From positions 980-64,979 of the forward strand of contig CAYYSG010000002.1 of assembly GCA_964474375.1 (NCBI GenBank): 64,000 bases of DNA, written 5' to 3'. Within the stretch, counting starts at the first letter, position 1. Each line of letters begins with the position of its first letter. Positions 49,319 to 59,967 of the stretch are shown here, one piece after another. Origin of the DNA: an uncultured Candidatus Saccharibacteria bacterium (GTDB lineage: Bacteria; Patescibacteriota; Minisyncoccia; Phycocordibacterales; UBA9973). The translations under genes were made by a program, and so were the position numbers. The notes under the pieces are model-generated. The model was not told the DNA's origin, ran no database searches, and saw nothing but the letters and a program-made list of their open reading frames with translations.

Positions 49319-50983
49319 TTATTTGTTAATAACTCCATATATCAGCCGAGCCAAGCGTAAATCATCATAGGAATAACCCCCGGCAAAATGCTCGTAAACA
49401 GGTGTTAATTTTTCAGCTCCAATTTCATTAAATATCCTATATATTTTTGATAAATTCTTCGCTAATCCAGCTTCTGGCAATAGTGCAATGTCTTGGCTAG
49501 ATAATTCGCCTCTTTCATGCAGTACATACACATGGTCAATTATGGTATTTATTTTTAAATCACGAATTTTAGCTATTTGATTTATATTTTTTCCAGATCG
49601 AACTAATTCCAGTGTTTCATCATGTGTACTTAGCTTTTTATTTTTACTTTTATCGATTTTATTTTTTGTACCACCACAAAAATCAATAAATTTTTCTTGT
49701 ATTTTTTCTAAACTATCCCCGCTCTCTGTATATAAAAAATTTTCACTTTTACTAGATTCATTTCTAAAGAAACCGTCCATTTCTTTTACGGTATCGTGCA
49801 CACTCAATGCTCGGTTATTTATACCGAGCAATTCTAAATTATCAATGGACGAAAGACGCGAAAGAGCCACATAGCCCTGACCGTGTTCAAACGTTTTAGA
49901 CAAATCAATAGTCGCAGAAGTCAGAGTCATACCTTGTGATTTATGTACAGTTATTGCCCAAGCATGCCGGAGCGGTACTTGGGTTATTTCAGCTTTTACT
50001 TTGCCATCTTCTTCTATTTGCCAGGTCATGGGTTCAACCAATATTTCATTGCCTTTGTCGGTCTTTATTATTGGATAGCCACCATTACTACCGAACCCTA
50101 TAACTGTACCAATGGTTCCATTCACAAAAGCCCTGGCGGTATTATTCTTAGTACACATAACAACAGCCCCTACCTTGAGTTCCAGAATCTCTGGCGATAA
50201 ACAACCCCGAAGTAGTGCTTCGACTAATTTGGGTGATCCTTTGGTCTTGGTCTCAAAAATATACTTTTTACCTTTTATGCTGTTTAGTTTTTCTAAGTTA
50301 AAACTATCCACGTCTTTATTGTGCGTAAACAACTTTGTTTCATTTTTTATATTTTCAATTTTAATTATTTTAGATTTCAAAACATCAAAATGATCTTGTG
50401 TTAGATTATCATTTCTTATAGCTGAAAGTATGGAAACCAATACCCCGTCACTTTGTCTATGTTGCTCTTCCAGGTAACACACAACCACCCCACTGTTATT
50501 CCAAGCTTTGGACATAAAAGCAAAATCATCCTCCTCGAAATTTCTTTTAATCGGTGGTAATTGAAAGAAATCCCCCACAAATACAACCTGCAGACCTCCA
50601 AAAGCCTCTTCATTACCTTTTATATTCTTTAGCAACAAATCTATACTATTTAATAAACTGCCTGAGAGCATAGAGACTTCGTCAATTATCAATACTTTGG
50701 CTTTGTTGATTCTTTTGACGATATGTTCAGTTGTGGCGATTCTGTCTATCTCATAAGCCGAAATATCATTCCTCGCTCCAATACCTGTCCACGAATGTAT
50801 TGTAACTCCACCAATATGAGTAGCCGCTATGCCAGTAGACGCAGTTATGGCATGCGCTATATCATGCTCTTTTAAATACTCTATATAAGATCTCAGTGTG
50901 TGCGTTTTGCCTGAACCAGGTTCACCGGTCAAGAATACATTGACTCCTGTTTTTAGTATATTAAGTGCGTCATTTTGTGTCAT
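49319..50983 (-). CDS. Pif1-family ATP-dependent DNA helicase with C-terminal HTH
   Basis: Walker A TGEPGSGKT, SF1 helicase motifs, Pif1-like layout. Confidence 0.6.
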   Translation of the reverse strand: MTQNDALNILKTGVNVFLTGEPGSGKTHTLRSYIEYLKEHDIAHAITASTGIAATHIGGVTIHSWTGIGARNDISAYEIDRIATTEHIVKRINKAKVLIIDEVSMLSGSLLNSIDLLLKNIKGNEEAFGGLQVVFVGDFFQLPPIKRNFEEDDFAFMSKAWNNSGVVVCYLEEQHRQSDGVLVSILSAIRNDNLTQDHFDVLKSKIIKIENIKNETKLFTHNKDVDSFNLEKLNSIKGKKYIFETKTKGSPKLVEALLRGCLSPEILELKVGAVVMCTKNNTARAFVNGTIGTVIGFGSNGGYPIIKTDKGNEILVEPMTWQIEEDGKVKAEITQVPLRHAWAITVHKSQGMTLTSATIDLSKTFEHGQGYVALSRLSSIDNLELLGINNRALSVHDTVKEMDGFFRNESSKSENFLYTESGDSLEKIQEKFIDFCGGTKNKIDKSKNKKLSTHDETLELVRSGKNINQIAKIRDLKINTIIDHVYVLHERGELSSQDIALLPEAGLAKNLSKIYRIFNEIGAEKLTPVYEHFAGGYSYDDLRLARLIYGVINK

Positions 50984-50991
50984 ATGTAAAA

Positions 50992-53676
50992 TTATTTTTT
51001 ATTTCTTCTATATACGCGGAAACCCCATTTAGTTACTTCAATCAAAGCTATATTAACTACAAACCAAATTGGTAACACAGTTATTGATTCTTTCGGCAAT
51101 GGGTCTAGTTCAAATATTTTACGCATAAATGGAACAAATAATGTAATAGCACACATTGCCGTACTAAAGATTATGCTTCTGTTCAGTATCTTATTTGCAA
51201 ACACTGGGTAAGAGAATATCGGCTTGTACAAACTCCGGAAAGAATAAGCAGCAAAAACAACATACAATGAGAAACACGCAAACAGAATTGACCGAACTTC
51301 CCCAAAAGATAAATTATGGGAAAGTAGCACGTTATAAAGAACAAGCAACATCACAGAAGTCAAAAACCCAATTCCTGCCGTAAGTATTACAACTTCCTTA
51401 TTAAAAACTGATTTTGTTTTTGAACTTTTTATAAAAGCACCGTCATAGTTATCATCAAATGCAAAAGACAATGCCGGCAAAGATCCTGTAAAAAAGTTAA
51501 TCCATATAATATGTAGTGCTGTTAGAGGTAAAGGCAATGCAAGTATCAAACTCCCCCCTAGTAAAACCACGCCATCTAAAACTGATGACATCAAATAAAC
51601 AAAGGCTTTACGAATATTGGACAATATTCTGCGACCCTCTTCAATTGCCAAAACTATCGTTTTAAAATTATCGTCTAGCAATACCAAATCCGCAACACTC
51701 TTAGCCACATCTGATCCTGAACCCAAAGCTATTCCAATATCCGCCATTTTTAACGAAGGAGCATCATTAACACCGTCGCCCGTCATTGCCACAATATAAC
51801 CCAGTCTTTTGTACAAAGTACCAATACGAAGCTTGTCCTCTGGTGTAACACGTGCAAAAACTTTGATATTAGGCATATTAGCCAAAAGCTCTTCATCAGT
51901 AAGATTATGTAGCTCTGCTCCCGAAATAACATTACTCTCTTCTACGGTCCAGCCTAGCTCTTTCGCCACAGACACAGCGGTGCCTTTCATATCACCAGTT
52001 ACAATGACAACTTTGGATCCACTATTCTCAATTGATCGAACAGCTTCTGGGACTTCAGGTCGAACAGGATCCCGCAACACGATTAAGCCCAAGAATATTA
52101 ATTCTTTAACATCTTTTTGATCTAACGGATTATTTTTATTTTGCTCTGGCAATATAGCAACACCGAGAAGCCTGTTACCTTCGGCACTGATTTTTTCAAT
52201 AGCATTTTTAATTACAATATAATCATCTTTACTTATATTAGACCTATCGAGCAATATGTCCGGCGCACCAAGAGCAATTATTTTGTTTTCATCATTATCA
52301 AGTCCAACAGAGAATTTATAGCTGGAACTAAAAGGCAATAATATGCTTCTTTTGGATTTATCAAAAATAATATTATTTTTATTTGCAGCGATGGCAATAT
52401 TTACTTCCAATGGGCGGCCTACGAACATTTCTTCTTCCTTAGAATCCTTTGGACCAAAAGCCACGTCAATATTAGACACAGCAAATTTTAATAATTGCTT
52501 TTGTTTTTCAAATGGTAAGCTATTTTCATTTTCTGTTACTTCTCGATTATTAAAAATATCTTCTATTGTAAAAATATCTACGAGTTTCATTTTAGCTTCA
52601 GTCAAAGTACCAGTCTTGTCAGTCATAATTAGGTTTGTTGAACCTAATGTTTCAACTGCTGAAAGAGACCTCATGATACCTTTCTTAAGAGCTAATCTTT
52701 CTGCACCAATAGCAAGTATTACAGTCAAAGCTATAGGTAAAGCTTCGGGGATTGCACCAACAGCAATAGCAGCAGAAAGTATAAGCATGTCACCAATATT
52801 CTGCCCGCGAGAGACTCCTAGTAAAAATATACCCGAAACAAGTAATATAACGGTATAAAAAACCAGCCAGCCAAATTTAGCTAATGAATTTTGAAGCGGG
52901 GTTTTGTCTCTTTTAGTGGATGATACCAGGTTAGCTATCTTACCAAGCTCAGTTTTAATCCCTGTTCTAAACACAACAGCAGTAGCATATCCTTCTGTAA
53001 CCAAAGTTCCAGCAAAGACCATATTTGATCTCTCTGCAACTAATGAACCTTCGGAACAATTTTCAATGTTTTTACGCACAGGTAAAGATTCACCAGTCAA
53101 AATAGATTCATCAACAGAAAAATTATTTACGCTAACCAGTCTTGCGTCTGCCGGGATTCTGCTGCCATAAACTAATTTAATTATGTCTCCTGGTACTATA
53201 TCTGTTGCATCTATTTCCTGATCTACCCCAGAACGAATTACTCTTACTCGTTCTTTTATATACATTGTTAATTTTTGCAATGTTTGTTCAGCATGATATT
53301 CCTGGAAAAATCCTAATATAACATTTACAAACACAGCGAGCATTATAACTATTGTATTTAGCCATTCATTAAGAAAGCCAGCCAAAATAGCCGCACCAAT
53401 GAGCATAAAAATTAGTGGGCTTTTGAATTGCTCACTGAATATCTTTACTTTGGAAATTTCATTCTTATGTTTTAATTCGTTTTTACCAAAAAAATTAAGA
53501 CGCGATAAAACTTCCTCGTAAGCCAAACCATCTTTATTCGATTTTAAAGATTTAATAACATCATCTTCTGATATCGCCCACACAGCCAAGTCTGTCGATA
53601 TATCTAGAAAATCAAGATTTTGTGGTGATTCTTTATAGCCTAAAAGCCTTCTTATGGATCTATGGATGAAGTTCAT
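50992..53676 (-). CDS. P-type cation-transporting ATPase (P2-type, Ca2+/Mg2+-like)
   Basis: DKTGTLT phosphorylation site, TGDGVNDAPSLK hinge, 10 TM. Confidence 0.9.
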   Translation of the reverse strand: MNFIHRSIRRLLGYKESPQNLDFLDISTDLAVWAISEDDVIKSLKSNKDGLAYEEVLSRLNFFGKNELKHKNEISKVKIFSEQFKSPLIFMLIGAAILAGFLNEWLNTIVIMLAVFVNVILGFFQEYHAEQTLQKLTMYIKERVRVIRSGVDQEIDATDIVPGDIIKLVYGSRIPADARLVSVNNFSVDESILTGESLPVRKNIENCSEGSLVAERSNMVFAGTLVTEGYATAVVFRTGIKTELGKIANLVSSTKRDKTPLQNSLAKFGWLVFYTVILLVSGIFLLGVSRGQNIGDMLILSAAIAVGAIPEALPIALTVILAIGAERLALKKGIMRSLSAVETLGSTNLIMTDKTGTLTEAKMKLVDIFTIEDIFNNREVTENENSLPFEKQKQLLKFAVSNIDVAFGPKDSKEEEMFVGRPLEVNIAIAANKNNIIFDKSKRSILLPFSSSYKFSVGLDNDENKIIALGAPDILLDRSNISKDDYIVIKNAIEKISAEGNRLLGVAILPEQNKNNPLDQKDVKELIFLGLIVLRDPVRPEVPEAVRSIENSGSKVVIVTGDMKGTAVSVAKELGWTVEESNVISGAELHNLTDEELLANMPNIKVFARVTPEDKLRIGTLYKRLGYIVAMTGDGVNDAPSLKMADIGIALGSGSDVAKSVADLVLLDDNFKTIVLAIEEGRRILSNIRKAFVYLMSSVLDGVVLLGGSLILALPLPLTALHIIWINFFTGSLPALSFAFDDNYDGAFIKSSKTKSVFNKEVVILTAGIGFLTSVMLLVLYNVLLSHNLSFGEVRSILFACFSLYVVFAAYSFRSLYKPIFSYPVFANKILNRSIIFSTAMCAITLFVPFMRKIFELDPLPKESITVLPIWFVVNIALIEVTKWGFRVYRRNKK

Positions 53677-53712
53677 ACATACATAATAACCAAAAAATCC
53701 ATTTGAGCAAAA

Positions 53713-54756
53713 TTAAAACAAGGCTGGGCTCATAAACAACATTTTATTCAAATAAGACAAGCCCATTATGAGCATTATTACGATTATGCCGTAAACTACA
53801 TTTTTTAAATGCTTCCTTTTAAACTCTAAACCGACAAATAGTATCATTGCCAAAGCTGCCAAATACAGCATTACTTTGTATATGATATCTACATACATAG
53901 GACTTTTATATATAGCTTTCTGACTAAAAGATACGTTAGATGTTTGATATTCATTAAAAGAAGTGACCTGCCCCACTGATTCAATATTGCTAGTGTTCTC
54001 TACCATAATGAATTCTTTAGACTCAGAAAGTACATTAACTGGAATATTTTCCGATGCAGATTCACCTTTTACCAGACCATCCAACTCAACCAAGTCTTGG
54101 TTATTTTGTGCTAATTTTTCCGTTGGTATTTCGGTACTTGATGTCCTATTGTAGATATTTTTTTCTGTAAATGCTGGTCGGCCAAACATTTGGACGACAA
54201 ATATAGTTTTCCTACCTTGGAAAATTCCTTCTTTAGCTGCTATACCGATTTCGGTAAATCTAGGATCGATTATATTCTTCTTATGAGCTGGTGATTTCAT
54301 CCACGCATCTTCAACATCGATTGATTCAGTAAAATCAATCGCTAGGTTTTCACCAGCATAAACAAAGCTATAGCCAGATTCCTTCATCCAGTACCATGGA
54401 CTAATACCTGTGGGACTATGGTGTGCAAAATATTGGTTGTTAACCATGTCTTCTGCTTTCATGCGAGCCGCTTCTTCTAACACTGGACTCACTACAAGCT
54501 CTGTTTGCCCGCTTGAAGACCTGTCTTTGTTGGTTAAATCAACAAGAACTGCCGGCAAGACAGCTGCAGTCATATTTGTATTTTTTACATAAATTGAGCC
54601 ACCAAAAGAAGCTCCCAGTAGGGACACTGCCAAAATAGACACAATAAAGAGCATATACTCTCGGAAAAAATGAGGTTTATGGTCGTTACCCGCATGAGGT
54701 ATCAACAAATCTTTGATCCATTTAGTAAACTTATTCACAATAAAACTATACCACAA
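53713..54756 (-). CDS. CAP/SCP-domain (YkwD-like) extracellular protein with N- and C-terminal TM
   Basis: YFAHHSP...GENLA...AWMKSPAHKKNI CAP motifs. Confidence 0.65.
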   Translation of the reverse strand: MWYSFIVNKFTKWIKDLLIPHAGNDHKPHFFREYMLFIVSILAVSLLGASFGGSIYVKNTNMTAAVLPAVLVDLTNKDRSSSGQTELVVSPVLEEAARMKAEDMVNNQYFAHHSPTGISPWYWMKESGYSFVYAGENLAIDFTESIDVEDAWMKSPAHKKNIIDPRFTEIGIAAKEGIFQGRKTIFVVQMFGRPAFTEKNIYNRTSSTEIPTEKLAQNNQDLVELDGLVKGESASENIPVNVLSESKEFIMVENTSNIESVGQVTSFNEYQTSNVSFSQKAIYKSPMYVDIIYKVMLYLAALAMILFVGLEFKRKHLKNVVYGIIVIMLIMGLSYLNKMLFMSPALF

Positions 54757-54768
54757 AAATAAAATAAA

Positions 54769-54800
54769 AACAGACTCAAGCCGCTGGGCTTGAGTCTGTT
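54769..54800. terminator. bidirectional terminator aacagactcaagcc gctg ggcttgagtctgtt
   Basis: 14-bp perfect stem. Confidence 0.6.
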
Positions 54801-54807
54801 TTATATT

Positions 54808-57800
54808 TTAAAGTTTTGGTGAATCAGGATTTTGCTCAAAAGGCACAAGTTCCGGATTTGCTAAATTAAGTTCAGGACACATTATTTCGTTTATTTTTTT
54901 AGTTGTGGTTAGGTATACAATTCCTGTTGGAGAATTTAGTTTCCAAGGAGTTAAGATAGAATCTTTGTGCATCCATTGGAACTTTTTAACTTCGGCATCA
55001 GTCAGTGTTCCAAAGAATCCTGTAATTGGTAGATTTGATTTCAGATAATCATTTAAGAATTTTTGAATTTTCTTTACAGACTCAGGATCATTTTTGTAAC
55101 CTTTACGTAAGAATTTGTCTAAATATATTCCACAAGTTGTTGATTCACCTAATACTTGACCTGTTGTTACTGGTGCTGAGAAATTACCCAAAAATGCTAT
55201 TGGTACTGAACCTCCTCCGCCGCCATTATTGGTTGGTGGATTTTGAGGAGGATTATTGTCCTCTTCATCGTCTTCGTCTTCTGGTTCTTCCGGTTGTTCT
55301 GGTTGTTCTGGCAAAGCATTGACTGTTATGTTTCTAATAACTGCTACTGCTGGTAAAGCCCCTGAATCTATATAGTTATAGGTAACTTGATAATTCCCAG
55401 GTACATTAGTGTCTACAGTTCCAGTTATATTAGTGACTGGTAAGTTATTACCGTCTTCTGTGTCGTTAGCTACTGCACCTAGCTCACTGTAAGCGTCGCC
55501 TACATTTAAAATAATAGAAGCATCACCATTTAGAACAATAACGGGTACATTATTAACTGGTGCTTCTGGTTCAGGTTCTTCGTCAACAGGTGTACATTCT
55601 TCATAGTTTACAGTTAGTTTGTATGCAAGACCTGCGGGATTAGTCTGTGGAGTAGAGCCGGCCAATGCCCAGTTTTTAACAGAGAAAGACAGAATGTTCG
55701 TACCGTTTATTAAGTCAGTGTCAGGTATATTATATGTATCTATTGCACCAAAATTGTTTTCAGTACTATCACCAATAGTTGTAAATGTATTGAGACTACC
55801 GCTGTATGAATTATCCACTAAAACTTCAAGCACTGCGGATAATGGTGTGCCTGGAATTGTGAATGATTTTGCAAAGTTCACAAATTCGTCCTGAGTAGGA
55901 TTACTTACCCCATCAACATTCCAGATCCAATTTGCTCCACTTATACTACTCCAGCCTGTGTGAATAAATGACAGGATAGATGTAGTACCAGAATCAACAG
56001 AGTCATTAGTATCACTAACAACAGTCATAGTTTTTTCAGTACAAACTTGTGGCGGATTTTCTGGCTCAGGTTCTGGGTTGTTACATTTTGTATTATGAAC
56101 TATTACATGTACGTCCCCATCCACCACAATAGGATCCAGTGTTGGTGTTATAGATGCAGATACAGCTTCTTCGTAAGTTTTACCTACAGAATATCCAACT
56201 AATGCGTATGGTTTGTATTGATCAGTGTGAAAAGGTTTTAGTTCACCACAACTAGCACCAACAGTAGCGGTTGCTAATTCTTCATTTAATTCATAAACAG
56301 ACCCGCCTGGTAGAACTAAAGTAGATGCTTGGTACGGGACGTCGCCTTCTCTGTGTCCATCATTGTCTAGGTTGAACCACAAAGCTTCGGTTATAGAATA
56401 AATTGGGAAATGTATACTAGTAGTCATTAAAGATGTTGCTTTTACACCATCTATAAATTTAGAAACCCTGACTCTCCCCGGTTCTTTTGTGCTAATTATT
56501 TGATTCACGATAGTAAATGTTTCGTTTTGAGAATCTATTTGAACATCACCTAGTCCGGAAACATTTTCCCAGCCTTCTTGCATTATTTCATCAACAGCAT
56601 ATGTTCCATAAGGTACATTTTCGAAACTAACACAGCCATTCTCACCGGTTACACCAGCATAGCCTTTATTAATATCAACAGTTAGACTACCTGAATTATC
56701 ACCAAACCAGCCTTCGTTTTGAGTAGTACCACTACCGTCAAATATACGTAGATTTGCTGGACCATCAATAGGCGCAATTATTGAACGCGCATAGTTATGC
56801 AAACTATTATATGGACCCCAGACAGAATCTGGGTCAAAGCTATTGTTGATTTGTAGTTCCAATATGTCTGTTTGGTAGCCAGTATAGCCATCCATTTGAG
56901 TTGCCCAAGAATCAGTAGTTGAGTATTCAGTGTCTACTGGATTAGCACCACCTTGGTTTAGCCATGTACCAGCTGATTTAAAAATATAGGATAGTCCAGA
57001 AAGTAGTAAATTAGTGTTAACACCAGATGAGATATTCGTAGGAACATTTAGACCTGACTGCACAGATTCACCTTTGAGCATAACAGTCCAACCGGATAAA
57101 TTGTTTTGATTTTGATCCACCTTACAAACATTCACTGTGGAAGTTTCCGGGACACAAGCCCCGTTAACTTTGTGCATTCCATTAGGTACACCGAGCTGCT
57201 CGCCTTCTATATTAGGGCAAGAGTCAATTTCATAGTTAAAAGCTACACAGTGAACAGTGTCTGATTTTGTAGGTTGTTCTATGTAATCATAGTTATCATA
57301 ATTCAAAACATCGTTTTGACAATATAGTTCTGCTGAATATTTTGATTCAGTAGAATCCATATCATCAACCCCAGTAAGGGCACCAGAAAAACCTAAGTAA
57401 TATGGGCTTACCTTTTCACGAATCCAAAGAGGTTCTTGTCCTGTTACTTCAGTAGAAGTAACACCATTGTTCATAGTTGCCCCAAAAGTAGTCCAGCCAC
57501 TGCCACCGGTTTCAAGATTATCACCAGGATTAGCAGCAGTATAAAGAGCCCACTCAAAACTAAAGTCCGATGCTAAATAACATCCAGGATGAGAATTTAC
57601 CCAGTCAGTTGCTGTAGTGCTAGTTATATCAGGTCCACCATTACCCCAGTTAGGCAGGTCGCTTTCATGAGTACAAACAACTTTGGTCATAACAATAGTT
57701 GTTTTTATTTCTTCAGGAACTTCTATTGCTATTTGATCGCCTGTTACATTAACTTCATCAAATTTAACTTCATCGTTTTCTGCATCTAAATTAGCCAAAA

Positions 57801-58281
57801 ATCTTATACCAAAATTAGGATTATTTGATGCACCTTCAGGTAAAATTTGTGATACATTATTCCATCCATCATTTTGCTCTGAATTTGTATCATTAGAATT
57901 ATCAATAGTAAAAAAAGTAACCCAATTAGAACCATCTAAGGTATATTCAGTTTTTACGGTATCTGAGCTATCTAGACTACCTCCAGCTTTATACCAAAAA
58001 GACACTGAGATGTTTTCAAAACCTGTGGTGTCAATGTTAGTCTTTTTTAAAACAGAATCCTCTACCTCACCCTTTACACGAGCAGACTTTGAACCGGAAT
58101 ACGCTGTATTACTAGAAGCCCATTTTGAGCCAACTGGCGTCGACCATGATGAAAAACCAGTCTCAAAACCATCACTAAATAAATCTGTAGCCGCTGAGAT
58201 ATTGGAAATTATTCCAAACACAAGCATACCAAGTATACCTGTAAATAAACCGAACTTTATGAACTTTTGCATAATAATCAA
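54808..58281 (-). CDS. 1157-aa secreted surface protein: N-terminal CBM/LamG-like domain, DUF5011 Ig-like domain, P/E-rich linker, C-terminal PG_binding_1-like domain
   Basis: Signal peptide; IVLNGDASIILNVGDAYSELGAVANDTEDG...VTYNYIDSGA (DUF5011); PEQPEQPEEPEDEDDEED linker; KKIQKFLNDYL...GFFGTLTDAEVKKFQ (PG-binding). Confidence 0.7.
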   Translation of the reverse strand: MIIMQKFIKFGLFTGILGMLVFGIISNISAATDLFSDGFETGFSSWSTPVGSKWASSNTAYSGSKSARVKGEVEDSVLKKTNIDTTGFENISVSFWYKAGGSLDSSDTVKTEYTLDGSNWVTFFTIDNSNDTNSEQNDGWNNVSQILPEGASNNPNFGIRFLANLDAENDEVKFDEVNVTGDQIAIEVPEEIKTTIVMTKVVCTHESDLPNWGNGGPDITSTTATDWVNSHPGCYLASDFSFEWALYTAANPGDNLETGGSGWTTFGATMNNGVTSTEVTGQEPLWIREKVSPYYLGFSGALTGVDDMDSTESKYSAELYCQNDVLNYDNYDYIEQPTKSDTVHCVAFNYEIDSCPNIEGEQLGVPNGMHKVNGACVPETSTVNVCKVDQNQNNLSGWTVMLKGESVQSGLNVPTNISSGVNTNLLLSGLSYIFKSAGTWLNQGGANPVDTEYSTTDSWATQMDGYTGYQTDILELQINNSFDPDSVWGPYNSLHNYARSIIAPIDGPANLRIFDGSGTTQNEGWFGDNSGSLTVDINKGYAGVTGENGCVSFENVPYGTYAVDEIMQEGWENVSGLGDVQIDSQNETFTIVNQIISTKEPGRVRVSKFIDGVKATSLMTTSIHFPIYSITEALWFNLDNDGHREGDVPYQASTLVLPGGSVYELNEELATATVGASCGELKPFHTDQYKPYALVGYSVGKTYEEAVSASITPTLDPIVVDGDVHVIVHNTKCNNPEPEPENPPQVCTEKTMTVVSDTNDSVDSGTTSILSFIHTGWSSISGANWIWNVDGVSNPTQDEFVNFAKSFTIPGTPLSAVLEVLVDNSYSGSLNTFTTIGDSTENNFGAIDTYNIPDTDLINGTNILSFSVKNWALAGSTPQTNPAGLAYKLTVNYEECTPVDEEPEPEAPVNNVPVIVLNGDASIILNVGDAYSELGAVANDTEDGNNLPVTNITGTVDTNVPGNYQVTYNYIDSGALPAVAVIRNITVNALPEQPEQPEEPEDEDDEEDNNPPQNPPTNNGGGGGSVPIAFLGNFSAPVTTGQVLGESTTCGIYLDKFLRKGYKNDPESVKKIQKFLNDYLKSNLPITGFFGTLTDAEVKKFQWMHKDSILTPWKLNSPTGIVYLTTTKKINEIMCPELNLANPELVPFEQNPDSPKL

Positions 58282-58391
58282 AATAACACTAATCGAACCC
58301 CCTCTATCAAAAAGAGATACTAATATAACTTCATAGTACTACTATCAGCTCTAATGTCAATGGTAAAAAAATAATTGTGTGTAATACCTGT

Positions 58392-58697
58392 TTATAAGAT
58401 TTCAAAGACTATATTTAAATGATCCCCCTGGAAAACACCCTCTTTTTTGCGGATTTGTTTTTTTATAGATAATAAATATATTTCCTGAGTTTTGTACGGG
58501 AAAAGGGCTGTAGTCCAAATGCTTTTTCCAATACTTGCTTTTATTTTTATAAACCCCGCACCGTAAATCTTATTTTTATATTTTTGTTTTATTTCTGAAG
58601 ACGTCTTTTTGTCCAGCCCTACAAAATGCCACCCTGCATCCCCGGGCCACACAAAAACCTTACCTTTTATTTTATGTATTTTATTTTTGAGATTCAT
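58392..58697 (-). CDS. DUF1905-domain protein
   Basis: GDAGWHFVGLDKKTSSEIK pattern. Confidence 0.5.
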   Translation of the reverse strand: MNLKNKIHKIKGKVFVWPGDAGWHFVGLDKKTSSEIKQKYKNKIYGAGFIKIKASIGKSIWTTALFPYKTQEIYLLSIKKQIRKKEGVFQGDHLNIVFEIL

Positions 58698-59967
58698 CTC
58701 CCGAAGTATTTTGGTTTATATTTCTAAAATACCTATAAGTCTTGCGTATGTTATCGAGTATATGATGTCCAAATAGGTAATGTAGTATTAATTCTAGAAT
58801 AACCAAACCTAACAATATAAATGCAATATACAGTCCAAATTTCTTAAATAACTGCATGAATGAATATCCAGGATACAAATCCACATAAGATTCTGTAACA
58901 TTACCAGCATTATCATATGCTCGAACAATAACCCGGGTGGAGTCTGTGTTATCCATAGGCACAAGATATGGGGATTCTGTTTCCACAAAAACAGGTGAAG
59001 CTGAGCCTATTGAATTTTTATTAATTACACCAACTTCATAATGCGATACTCCGGACATTGTATCTGTCGTAAAGAAAGATGCCATGTATTTTTTCATACC
59101 ATTTTCATCTTTGAATGAATTAGCGCCTATTTTAAAACTGGCTGGAGGCAAGGTATCTATACGCACAGCAAAATGTGAAGTCGCACCCCAAACACCCTTA
59201 GAAAATGATTTTACATGCAAATATGTAATTCCATCTTTGACTGCTTCATAAAAAACAGAAGCATCTTTATGAGTAATAGTACTGGCAGGTATAGTTCCGG
59301 CTGTATTATCAAGAAAAACACTAAACCCTGTTATGTCAGCATTTTTATCCCAAGAAAATATCGGGCTATTATTGTTATACCAGCTATCCTGTGAAGGATG
59401 TGTTTCAGAATATATGTTTACTCCATCTGGTGCACGGTTTACCAAATTATAAGTAGCACCGGATTTTGCTAACAAAACCTCGGAACCAAGTCCATCATTT
59501 AAATTAGCGCTAGAATTATCGCTTATTGTGACTCTGGTTGTACCAGACGATAGAACTTTAAACGTAATAGTGATTATCAACCCAGAGCTAGTTACAATAC
59601 CAGGACTAGGAACAACTCCAGCTAAAGATGCGGTTCCCTTTCTATTGTCGTATTTGGGTGGTTCTACCCATATACCAAATATAGATTTTCCGCCTGATGG
59701 ATTAACAATAGATAATTTCGCAGGGTCAAAATTAATTTTTAAATCAATAGCATTTATATTACTACCTTTGGTGTCTATATATATAGGAGCTTCAAATGTT
59801 GAACCAACTAAAAATGTAGCATTTCTTGGAGATATAAATATTTCTGACTTAGCTAAAAGATTCTGGGCGTTTATATTTATAGATTCTTGTGCAAATACAA
59901 AAACAGGCGCTAGTGTAAAAACTAGAATCAAATAAATTGCTGACATTTTTTTTACTAAAAAATTCAT
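58681..59967 (-). CDS. cohesin-like domain + Ig/FN3-like domain, C-terminal TM-anchored surface protein
   Basis: Signal peptide, VGSTFEAPIYIDTKGSNINAIDLKINFDPAKLSIVN cohesin-like beta-sandwich, C-terminal TM + short cytoplasmic tail. Confidence 0.55.
   Translation of the reverse strand: MNFLVKKMSAIYLILVFTLAPVFVFAQESININAQNLLAKSEIFISPRNATFLVGSTFEAPIYIDTKGSNINAIDLKINFDPAKLSIVNPSGGKSIFGIWVEPPKYDNRKGTASLAGVVPSPGIVTSSGLIITITFKVLSSGTTRVTISDNSSANLNDGLGSEVLLAKSGATYNLVNRAPDGVNIYSETHPSQDSWYNNNSPIFSWDKNADITGFSVFLDNTAGTIPASTITHKDASVFYEAVKDGITYLHVKSFSKGVWGATSHFAVRIDTLPPASFKIGANSFKDENGMKKYMASFFTTDTMSGVSHYEVGVINKNSIGSASPVFVETESPYLVPMDNTDSTRVIVRAYDNAGNVTESYVDLYPGYSFMQLFKKFGLYIAFILLGLVILELILHYLFGHHILDNIRKTYRYFRNINQNTSGDESQK

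Noticed and set aside
51195-53170. Several plus-strand ORFs (60-171 aa) inside the P-type ATPase gene
   Set aside because: Antisense reading frames of an AT-rich conserved gene with no motifs. Spurious.
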